Of a stretch of DNA of 64,000 nucleotides, positions 54,406 to 64,000 are shown in pieces. The notes beneath the pieces were generated by a model, which was not told the DNA's origin, made no database searches, and worked only from the letters and a program-made list of their open reading frames with translations. The DNA is from Octopus vulgaris (taxonomy: Eukaryota), in the NCBI GenBank assembly GCA_951406725.2, contig OX597816.1, forward strand, positions 120,900,001 through 120,964,000, read 5' to 3'. Both the position numbers and the translations under genes were made by a program. Every line of letters begins with the position of its first letter. Position 1 is the first letter of the stretch.

Positions 54406-54903
54406 ATCTTACTCTTTTTCTCATCTCTCCTCCTCCCTTTCATATCCTCCTCTTCTTTCATTTCTCTTTCCTTTCCATCTTACATCTACCTCTCCTCTCG
54501 TCACCTCACCCTCTCTCTCATATACTTCTCATCCGCCCATTCTTCTCACTCCGTCTCTCCCTCTCTCTCACATCCTTCATCCTGTCTCTCCTTCACTCTG
54601 TCTCTCTTTCTCTTGCTATCATCTCCTCCCCTCTGTTTCTCTTTCTCTTCCCCTCCTCTCCTTCACTCTGCCTCTCTTTCTCTTCCCCTCTTCTCCTTCA
54701 CTCTGTCTCTCCTTCTATTCCCCTCCTATCTCCCCCACCTTCCTCTATCTCTTTAACACACCACACTCCCTTGCTTTCCTTCTATCACCCTCTCGATTTC
54801 TTTCATAGCACCTCTCTCTTTCCCTATTTCCCCCCTCTGTGTTTCTCTATCTCTACCTCTCTCTCCCTATCCCTCATCTACCCCTCTGGACTTCAAAACG
54901 AAG

Positions 54904-55836
54904 ATGGCACCAAGGTGGGAAAAGAAAGAGTTAGATCTTCTGCTAAGAGCATGGACAATTGCTAGTGGCGATCCGCCGAACAACATCATCACTGCCGCGC
55001 TAAAAAACAATGGTTTTCATAGAACCATTGACCAGATAGAGCGGAAGAAAAATGAGTTTATCCGGTCTTACATGCTTAAAACACTGGACAACATAATTGA
55101 AGATTATTGTGGCAAAACTAATGAGGATGAAGAGGACGAAAAAGAGAAGGAAGCCGGAAGTCTCTGTGATCCAGGGGTTCCTCGGGAAAATGGATCACCT
55201 ACCCTGGTGAACGACCAAGTAGTGAAGGATAGGGGAGCCAAGGGAGCAGAAACCGGAAGCCCCCCTGTACCAGTGGTCCTACGAAGAAATGAAAAATTAG
55301 AAAAACAGAAGAAAAAAGGAAGGACCGAAAACAAAATTAAGGAGGGAAAAGGCAAAACAACCAAAGCTGAAACCCCAACCCACCACACAAACAGCAGAGA
55401 ACCCCATGGAGGATCCAATGCCACCCAGTACACTTCAGGAAAGAAGAAATCTGGAAGGCACCAAAGAACCTGTAAGTTCTACCTGCGGGGCAAATGTTGG
55501 CATGGTGAGGATGGCAAAAACTGCCGGTTCGCCCACCCGACACCCCGCCAGAACTTCAGGGGATTCAAAGAGAAAAACTTTACCGAGGGAACACATGAAA
55601 TGTCTCCCAGGAAAACTTTCAAAAATGAAGTGCGCTCCTCAGATGTTCTGCACAACGCAGCAGCTGAGCAAGAGTCTTTTTTATGCATGGCAGAAAGAAT
55701 TGTCCGGCAGCTAACCTGGCTACACCAAGCACAGAGAAGGAACCCTGCCCACCACTATGCAAGACCACCACAGTCAACAGACACGGGATGGCCTCCCCTA
55801 ATGCCTGCACAGCCATCACCCCAATACTTTTACTAA
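54904..55836 (+). CDS. LINE ORF1 protein (310 aa): Myb/SANT-like N-terminus, basic linker, CCCH zinc finger
   Basis: Open frame. RWEKKELDLLLRAW...LKNNGFHRTIDQIERKKNEFIRSY resembles trihelix/Myb_DNA-bind domains; CKFYLRGKCWHGEDGKNCRFAHP is a C-x7-C-x8-C-x3-H finger. Directly precedes and overlaps ORF2. Confidence 0.75.
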   Translation: MAPRWEKKELDLLLRAWTIASGDPPNNIITAALKNNGFHRTIDQIERKKNEFIRSYMLKTLDNIIEDYCGKTNEDEEDEKEKEAGSLCDPGVPRENGSPTLVNDQVVKDRGAKGAETGSPPVPVVLRRNEKLEKQKKKGRTENKIKEGKGKTTKAETPTHHTNSREPHGGSNATQYTSGKKKSGRHQRTCKFYLRGKCWHGEDGKNCRFAHPTPRQNFRGFKEKNFTEGTHEMSPRKTFKNEVRSSDVLHNAAAEQESFLCMAERIVRQLTWLHQAQRRNPAHHYARPPQSTDTGWPPLMPAQPSPQYFY

Positions 55837-57290
55837 ATATTGGGGGCCTGTTGCATCAAAATAGAAACAAAATTTCTTTCCTGAGAGATCTTACTGCATG
55901 CAATCAAGCCCTATGCATAGCACTTGTGGAAACTCACCTCAACCTTAATATAGAGGATGCAGAAGTACACATACCAAACTATGCCATACTGCAAACAGAC
56001 AGAAGGGAAAGGAGCCATGGTGGAGTTGCTGTATACATCCAAGATGACCTCACACCCCAGGTCTTGATGACATACTCAAATTCGGTATGTGACACCTTAA
56101 TTGTATACATAAGACAACATAATATAGTCATATGCAATACATATTGCCCACCGGATGCCCCAAATCACATAGGCAAGTTTGAAGATTGCCTCACAAGAAT
56201 TAAAGAAATCCTCATGAATCTGGAACACCGCGTGACCATATTTCTTATGGGTGATTTCAACTTCCCCAATATCAAATGGACCGAAGGTCACATACTCTCA
56301 GGAATGAATCATTGCAAGCAAGTACAGGTGCAGTCCCTGCTCAACCTCACCAATGCCTTATTCATGGAGCAAGTTGTACTCAAGCCAACTAGGGTAAATA
56401 ACATTCTGGATCTCTGCTTCACGAACAATATGGACATCATTCATGATGTGAAAGTGACACCGACATCAGTTTCGGATCACAACATAATAGAGCTGTCTAT
56501 GTTTGGGCCGAAAGTAACCAGAGACATACAGCCTAAAGGAAGCACCCGAAATCTCTCCAATCTGAACTTCCACAAAGCAGATTGGAAATCGATCCAAAAA
56601 GAGATCCTCAGAGAGGACTGGCCGGAATGTCTCTCCACACCAGACATTGACATGAAACTAGAATGTTTCATGTCTTCTGTGCAAGCCATATGCCAGAAAT
56701 ATGTCCCAGAGCACAAGGCCAAAACAAATAGGAGCAAGATTCCAAGAGACAGGAAGATCCTCATGAGACGACGGACGAAGGTTGCAAATCGTCTCAACCA
56801 ACATCCCAAAAGTAGCGAAACGTCCCGCCTAAAAACAACACTGATGGAGATCGAAAAAAGGCTGCAACAATCCTATGTGAAGGAGAAAGCAGACAAAGAA
56901 GCCTGGGTTATAAAAAACATTAAATCAAACCCAAAGGCCTTCTTTCATTACACGAAAGAAACAGTCTCAGTGCACTACAAGATAGGACACCTCCTCCAAA
57001 AGGATGGCTCCCTCACAGACAGTCCAACTATGATCAGTGAGATGCTGAATGACCAGTTCAAAAGTGTCTTTACTACCCCGTTGGAACACAGACAAGTGAA
57101 CGAACCAGTGGACTTCTTTGCCGCCTCACCTATAACCAGCGAGGCGGTTACAATAGAATGTATTGACATTAGCGAAAATGATGTCCTACTAACCATAGAT
57201 GAAGTGGACACAAACTCAGCTGCTGGTCCAGATGGTTTCCCAGCCATCCTCCTCAAAGCGTGTAAGCATGCCCTGGCAAAACCCCTGATC
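55788..57290 (+). CDS. LINE ORF2 5' part: AP-endonuclease and linker up to the RT boundary, truncated by an insertion
   Basis: LLNIGGL, IALVETHL, DRRERSHGGVAVYI, LMGDFNFP, PTRVNNILDLCFTN, SDHNII, NPKAFFHY, SAAGPDGFPAILLK. ATG 55788 is the likely start; the open frame begins at 55683. Confidence 0.88.
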
Positions 57291-57363
57291 GCCATGTTGA
57301 TTCGCTAGCTTCTGCACACATTTTTTTTCTCTCCTTGTTTCTTTCTGTTTCTTTTCTGTGTAT

Positions 57364-57399
57364 CTTTCTGTTGAAGAGCGTAGGCTCGAAATGTAAAAG
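57364..57399 (+). ncRNA. Minimal hammerhead motif with CTGTTGA core (element ~57293-57485)
   Basis: cttt-CTGTTGA-A-GAGC-gtag-GCTC-GAAA-T-GTA^-aaag; the C after GAAA has decayed to T. Confidence 0.55.
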
Positions 57400-57600
57400 A
57401 CTTGTTTTATTTATATTCCTGAGCGCCATACTAATACAATTGTTTGTTTGTATTCCACCTGCCTTCGTCTTTTGTTTATTTTCAGTGCAAACAAGGGAGT
57501 CAGAGAAAGGCAGAATGCCACTTATATCTGAACACTACTATAGAAATATTCCTTTAAAAAAATTTTTCTTCTAATTTTTCTAAATTTAATTATTTAATCG

Positions 57601-57644
57601 TTACAGTTGAAAAGGTCTCAAAATGACCGAAACTGGTACTGAAA
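57601..57644 (+). ncRNA. Degenerate hammerhead motif
   Basis: ttacag-TTGAAAA-GGTC-tcaaaat-GACC-GAAA-ctg-GTA^-ctgaaa. Confidence 0.5.
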
Positions 57645-57716
57645 TGTTCACTATAAAATTATTTTAGCATTTTCTATTTTTGACTTGTTTTTTCATATAT
57701 ATATATATATATATAC

Positions 57717-58567
57717 GAAGTCTGGGTAAGGTAGAGTTATCTAATTCTTATGCTTTCCTAAGACTTGATCTCGAAACGTACGTCCGTAGGTGACTTAAAA
57801 CTGTATGATAGATTGCCGTTAATTCTTTCTCTCTCACCTGTTTGTGTTTGCCTTTCAAATGCTGTGCCTTTACTGTGATCTCCTTTTAGTAGAAGAAATA
57901 GCTATAATCTCTTTGACTGCTATTTCTAAATTCGGTGTGTGGTAAGGCAATTCGTTGCTAAACCCTTAATTGCTTAGTATTACTTAAATTTTCCTCGAAT
58001 GAGGCTTTTACATGCCGAAGACTACTTGGTGTAATTGATAATTATTCCAGAATTAATTAATTTCACCCTTCATTGTTACTCATAGCCATATTCATCCCAG
58101 TGAATGACCACAGCATTTTGTCTTGGCTACACGCGGGTGGGAAGGGACTGGTGACGCGGGCTTTCATTCATACTTTGAATTCGGTGATACTAGCTGTGGC
58201 TTCTAGCTCGCTCTGATACTGAGTTGAGTTGGTGCCTTCTAGTATCTCAAAATTCAATATTCAATCATTCATGATTGTCTGTATCCTGCGCTGATGAAAG
58301 AAGAAGTCTGGGTAAGGTAGAGTTATCTAATTCTTATGCTTTCCTAAGACTTGATCTCGAAACGTACGTCCGTAGGTGACTTAAAACTGTATGATAGATT
58401 GCCGTTAATTCTTTCTCTCTCACCTGTTTGTGTTTGCCTTTCAAATGCTGTGCCTTTACTGTGATCTCCCTTTTAGTAGAAGAAATAGCTATAATCTCTT
58501 TGACTGCTATTTCTAAATTCGGTGTGTGGTAAGGCAATTCGTTGCTAAACCCTTAATTGCTTAGTAT
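57717..58567 (+). mobile_element. Partial tandem (about 1.45 units, period 586 bp) of a non-coding hammerhead-bearing element, retrozyme/pLTR-like
   Basis: 57717-57980 recurs almost identically at 58303-58567; (TA)n on both sides; hammerhead at 58285-58376. Confidence 0.8.
58285..58376 (+). ncRNA. Type I hammerhead ribozyme motif with extended stem II and a GUC site
   Basis: cctgcg-CTGATGA-aagaagaagtct...agacttgatctc-GAAA-cgtac-GTC^-cgtagg: 6-bp stem I (one G-U), perfect palindrome ACGTACGT as stem III; the first stem II pair is A-C. Confidence 0.78.
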
Positions 58568-59207
<640 letters not shown>

Positions 59208-60248
59208 CACAGGAGTCAACATGTTGTAGTCGAAGGAGTCAAATCCAGCCCAGCCAAAGTCAGCAGTGGTGTCCCACAAGGCACTGTGTTGGGCCCACTT
59301 CTCTTCATCATCTACATAAATGATATTACTGATACCATCAAACACAGTAACATCAGAACCTTCGCTGATGACTCCAAGCTCCAGAAGGTCATCAATGGCG
59401 TGGATGACTGAATAAACCTTCAGTCAGACCTACTGGCTGTTGTCCAATGGGTGGAAAAGAATAACATGTTGCTAAATGAAGACAAATTTGAACTGATCCA
59501 CTTTGGAAGGGAGGACGCTCTGAAACTCCCATACTCTCTTCCTTCTGGAGAAATTCTCATGGCATCCAACAACATCAGAGACCTGGGAGGAACAGTGGAC
59601 AACAACATAAGCTGGGCTACACATATAAGCAGCAAAGTTGACATGGCCCGCAGAATGTGTTCCTGGATTCTCAGAACCTTCCAGTCGAGAGATTCCCACG
59701 CTATTATCCTTCTCTTCTCCACTTTTGCCCGACCCCACCTTGAATACTGCTGTCCACTGTGGTCTCCCTACACAAAACAAAATATTATGAGAATTGAAGC
59801 TCCCCAAAGGTCAATCACAAAAAAGATAGATGGCATGTCAGACCTTGACTACTGGGGTAGACTAGAGAAGCTGAAATTGTATTCACTCCAACGACGCCGT
59901 GAACGCTACATTATCTGTATGATGTGGAAAATATTCCACCAGCACTGTCCGAATGATGTTGGCATCACCTTCAAAATGCATCCAAGGCTTGGACCACGTG
60001 CCATCCGTCCACAACAAAAATCTAAATCGCATCACATAACGACAATACGGCACAACTATTTCACCTCAATTGGACCTGCTCTCTTCAACATTACACCAGG
60101 TCACGTCAAAAAAGAAACTGACCACACAAAATTCAAGAAGTCTTTGGACAAATTCCTTCAAACAGTACCGGACAAACCACCCACACCCGGATATGTCTCC
60201 GCAAACAATAACTCTCTGCTCGAATGGGCCTTGGTGCCCAAATCCTGA
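59208..60248 (+). pseudogene. LINE ORF2 3' part: RT core (QG and FADD motifs) and C-terminus, with one in-frame stop
   Basis: [38 protein letters not shown]...[12 protein letters not shown] at 59409-59411, then LQSDL..VVQW...RPHLEYCCPLWSP...LYSLQRRRER...FKKSLDKFL. Confidence 0.88.
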
Positions 60249-60548
60249 ACAGGAAGACTTCACCAGGTGGTGCTATAAAGTTAGACATGGCCTGGGCCAA
60301 TACTGGCCAAAACCTTTCTAAGTTATTCTTTCTAAGTTATATATATATATATATACACATATATATATATATACACACATATATATATATATACACACAT
60401 ATATATATATACACACATATATATATATATATATACACACATATATATATATATACACACATATATATATATATACACACATATATATATATACACACAT
60501 ATATATATATATATACACATATATATACATATATATATATATATATAC

Positions 60549-60584
<36 letters not shown>

Positions 60585-61246
60585 ATACATACATATATAT
60601 ATATATACATACATACACACATATATATATATATACATACATACACACATATATATATATATATACATACATACACACATATATATATACATACATACAC
60701 ACATATATTGGCCTGCTCGCTTAGCCAGTGGGGTGGCGTCATTCGAAGGCTAAAACAATGCGAACGCATTGTGACCAGCGATGTGTAACTACATACATAT
60801 ATACATATATATACATACATATACATATATATACATACATATACATACATATATATATACATATACATACATATATATATATACATGCAGTGGTTGGCGT
60901 CAGGAAGGGCATCCAGCTGTAGAAACACTGCCAGATCTGACTGGCCTGGTGCAGCCTTCGGGCTTGCCAGACCCCAGCTGAACCGTCCAACCCATGCTAG
61001 CATGGAAAGCGGACGTTAAACGATGATGATGATGATATACATACATATATATACATACATATACATATATACATATACATATATATACATACATATATAT
61101 ATATATATATATATTCATACATACACACATATATATATATATATTCATACATACACACACATATATATATATATATTCATACATACACACATATATATAT
61201 ATATATTCATACATACACACATATATATATATATATATTCATACAT

Positions 61247-61291
<45 letters not shown>

Positions 61292-61322
61292 TACATACAT
61301 ACATATATATATATACATACAT

Positions 61323-61370
<48 letters not shown>

Positions 61371-61383
61371 TTCTCTTTCTTAG

Positions 61384-61608
61384 ATACTTGTTTTTGAAGA
61401 TGCACCGAATGGTGTTCTTTCTGGTGCTGCTGCTGGAATGCAGGTTGTCTGGGTGCCAGATACCCGTGCCAACCGTTCACAGCTTCTGGACAAAGTTTCT
61501 ATTATATTAGACACACTGGAAGACTTCCAACCAGAATTGTTTGGCTTACCTCCGTTTGACGAATGTCATCCCAAGACTGATAGCAAAGAAGCAACCACCT
61601 CACAGATG
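61384..61608 (+). CDS. HDHD1: Next coding exon of the HDHD1/PUDP-like gene (HAD motif IV and C-terminus)
   Basis: Acceptor ccttctctttcttag, phase 0, joins the upstream exon in frame (PEK|[26 protein letters not shown]...[18 protein letters not shown]), matching HDHD1 [11 protein letters not shown]...GMQVVMVPD...FQPELFGLP. Ends at ATG|gtaaga (61609); if that donor is unused, the frame stops at 61713. Confidence 0.9.
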
Positions 61609-62192
61609 GTAAGATTTTATTGCTTTTTAGCAGAGGCAAAATGCCTTCGTTGTTGTTGTCAATACCTGTATTATTACCAAATCAAAACAAAAGTCTTATT
61701 TAAAATCAGTTAAGAATATCAATCATTATTATCTCTTGATTTTTATTGATGACATACTGCTCATCTTTGTGTGTATGTGTTTATATGTATTTCTGTGTTA
61801 GTGTTTACATTAAAAGCGGTAGGTTGTAAGAGGCTGATAATAAACTAAACAGTTGAGCAAGCTGACTGAAACCAGTCAACTAGAGATGCTGCTCTACCTA
61901 ACATATGGAATGTTATAAATTTGAGAGCAAGTTCAAGTACAGTCTACAGCAGTGATGTCACTCAGCTCTCGATTATCATTTAGTGTGATGCTGCAAACAG
62001 TTGGTTAAGTACATGTTTCTGTAATAAACAAAAAGGAAATGAGGAAAGCTAACAATGCAGTGAAGAAAGTTGAAAAGCCTTTATATATTTCAGGCACAAA
62101 GCCTATCTTCAGAAGGATAAGTCAAAGAAATGTGTGTCAAACTAGATTCTGGTGTTTGGCAGGATCTATATAGACACAGATATCTTTGACTA

Positions 62193-62255
<63 letters not shown>

Positions 62256-62809
62256 TAAATAATATCTTTGTAGCTAGATCGTAGGTGATCTCCTTCTAGC
62301 ATATTGGATGTCCACTTAGTGGTCATTCCTATTATATGCACATATATATATATATATATATATATTATACAAATAAATGCGCCCTTTTAAAGCTTAGCCA
62401 GGTTCATGGGCCCAGTTTCCCACTTTCAATGGCGTATGTGTTCCCCAGCTGGACTGGATGCCAGTTCATCGCAGCGTTACTCATCTTTGCCAGCAGAGTG
62501 GACTGGAGCAACATGAAATGAAGTGTTTTGCTCAAGAACACGTGTCGCCTGGTCCAGAAATCGAAACCACAATCTTACGATATGTGAGCTGAAAATGTTA
62601 TTAACTCGAACTGATTTTTGGCATTAACATTTTTAGCATGTCATCAGGTCATTTACAAAGATATTATGTTACATTAATATCTCTAGCAGTTGCAGACCCT
62701 AGCATGTAGCCATTTGATTTTTGTAGCAGGAATGATAATGAATTTTATGCTAAAATGAGCAGAATTACAGAAAAATTATTTTCTTCGAATATTCTTTTTG
62801 AAATATTTA

Positions 62810-63330
62810 TAACATTGGAGACAATTGTTCTGCTCTCAGTTTTAGTTGTGAGAATTTTTCCCAGATCTTTGTGAACCTCTCAATGACAGCAGCTAAGGTG
62901 GCAAGTACTTTTGCCAAATGTAAGCACTTCAACAGCCATAAGTGGATAACAGAGTTAAATACTTTCCTATAATCAAGCCATACTGTTGCAAGACTTCTAC
63001 AGTGTATTCTTACTTCAGACAGCACAGCTTTATTTATCAAAGTTGTTCGGCATGTCCCCACACCTTCTTCTTTTCACATACCTGCTCATCAGTCACTGAG
63101 GAATTGTTTGAGGCAGCTTGTGTAGTTTGTACATAATGTTTAGGCAAATAATGGGCCTATAGTTTTCTGCCAACTCAGTGGTTTCATTCTTGGCCACAAG
63201 ATTTGTCATGGCATGTCAATCTGACCTTCCATAGTTCTTTTAATAGCTTTCTATAAAAAGTCTGCCTGTTATATCAATATCTAAGTATTAAGTCTCTTCC
63301 AGGTGTTTTTTCATTATGCAGTTTGCTTGC
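62810..63330 (-). pseudogene. R4/Dong-like RT fragment, degenerate
   Basis: ENYRPII..NIMYK, EQVCEKKKVW-TC, LINKAVLSEVR...SLATVWLDYRKVFNSVIHLWLLKCL, matching the R4-type AWIDYKKAFDSVPH motif. Confidence 0.7.
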
Positions 63331-63344
63331 AATCACTTTGAAAA

Positions 63345-63425
63345 CACAGAAGTTAAGCAAAGTCGAGCCTAGTTAGTACTTAGATGGGTAACCGCTTGGG
63401 AAACCTAAGTGCTGTAAATGTCTTT
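63345..63425 (+). pseudogene. 5'-truncated 5S rRNA pseudogene
   Basis: cacagaagttaagcaaagtcgagcctagttagtacttagatgggtaaccgcttgggaaacctaagtgctgtaaatgtcttt matches the 3' two-thirds of metazoan 5S rRNA, including the internal control region. Confidence 0.8.
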
Positions 63426-63432
63426 CTATAAA

Positions 63433-63660
63433 GGTGGCAAGCTGGCAGAAATGTTAGCATGCTGGGCGTAATGCTTAGCGGTACTTCGTCTGCCGTTACG
63501 TTCTGAGTTCAAATTCCGCCGAGGTTGACTTTGTCTTTCATCCTTTCAGAGTCAATAAATTAAGTACCAGTTACGCACTGGGGTCGATGTAATCAACTTA
63601 ATCCCTTTGTGTGTCCTTGTTTGTTCCCTCTATGTTTAGCCCCTTGTGGGCAATTAAGAA
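63433..63660 (+). mobile_element. Family-B SINE
   Basis: ggtggcaagctggcagaaatgttagc...gagttcaaattccgccgaggttgactttg... Confidence 0.85.
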
Positions 63661-64000
63661 ATGAGTTATTGTGGAAGTTTTTGGATACCTATCTTTATAT
63701 CCTGTTCAACCTGGACATACCACTAATGAAAACAGTACTACAGCACCAATAAACTATTCATGATGAAGTAAGTACTTTTCTCATTTTATTTATACTGTAC
63801 ATTTAACCCTTTAGTGTTCACAATACTCTGTTAAATGTAATACTTTTTCACTCAAATTGTTTTGAATTAATCATGCATTATCTTATAGCTTTGAGGTTTC
63901 AATGATGTGATTGTTTATTTTCAGAATGGCATTGTAGGTTAGGAGTGAGAGGCTAGATATCACCAGTTTGAATATAAAACATAGAATATATTGGGCCGGA

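Noticed and set aside
60707-60790. GC-rich island between TA tracts with an HDV-ribozyme-like ggCtaa and ctcgc loop
   Set aside because: The P1 5' strand is missing and the L3 length does not fit; more likely a fragment of a repeat. A family consensus would be needed.

Overview
AT-rich, repeat-dense eukaryotic DNA. The SINE families and the (TA)n/(CA)n load suggest an octopus or other coleoid genome; this is an inference. The only host gene is a plus-strand HAD-family pseudouridine-5'-phosphatase (HDHD1/PUDP-like), seen as two coding exons (6096-6328 and 61384-61608) separated by a 55,055-bp phase-0 intron. The intron holds tRNA-derived SINEs, MITEs, a mariner remnant, R4/Dong, RTE and Penelope RT remnants, two solo LTRs in (TA)n arrays, and a long CR1-group-like LINE whose ORF1 has Myb/SANT-like and CCCH motifs. 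The most notable signal is about 13 type I hammerhead-ribozyme motifs, about 5 near-intact and the rest degenerate. They sit in several small non-coding element families that abut microsatellites and often carry asymmetric inverted arms or partial tandem copies. Examples are a tRNA-headed ribozyme SINE, a 586-nt retrozyme-like unit, and an element whose inverted arm starts at the predicted cleavage site. All folds and alignments were read by eye, repeat boundaries are approximate, and only representative SINEs are listed. Most ORF-track entries are microsatellite artefacts.
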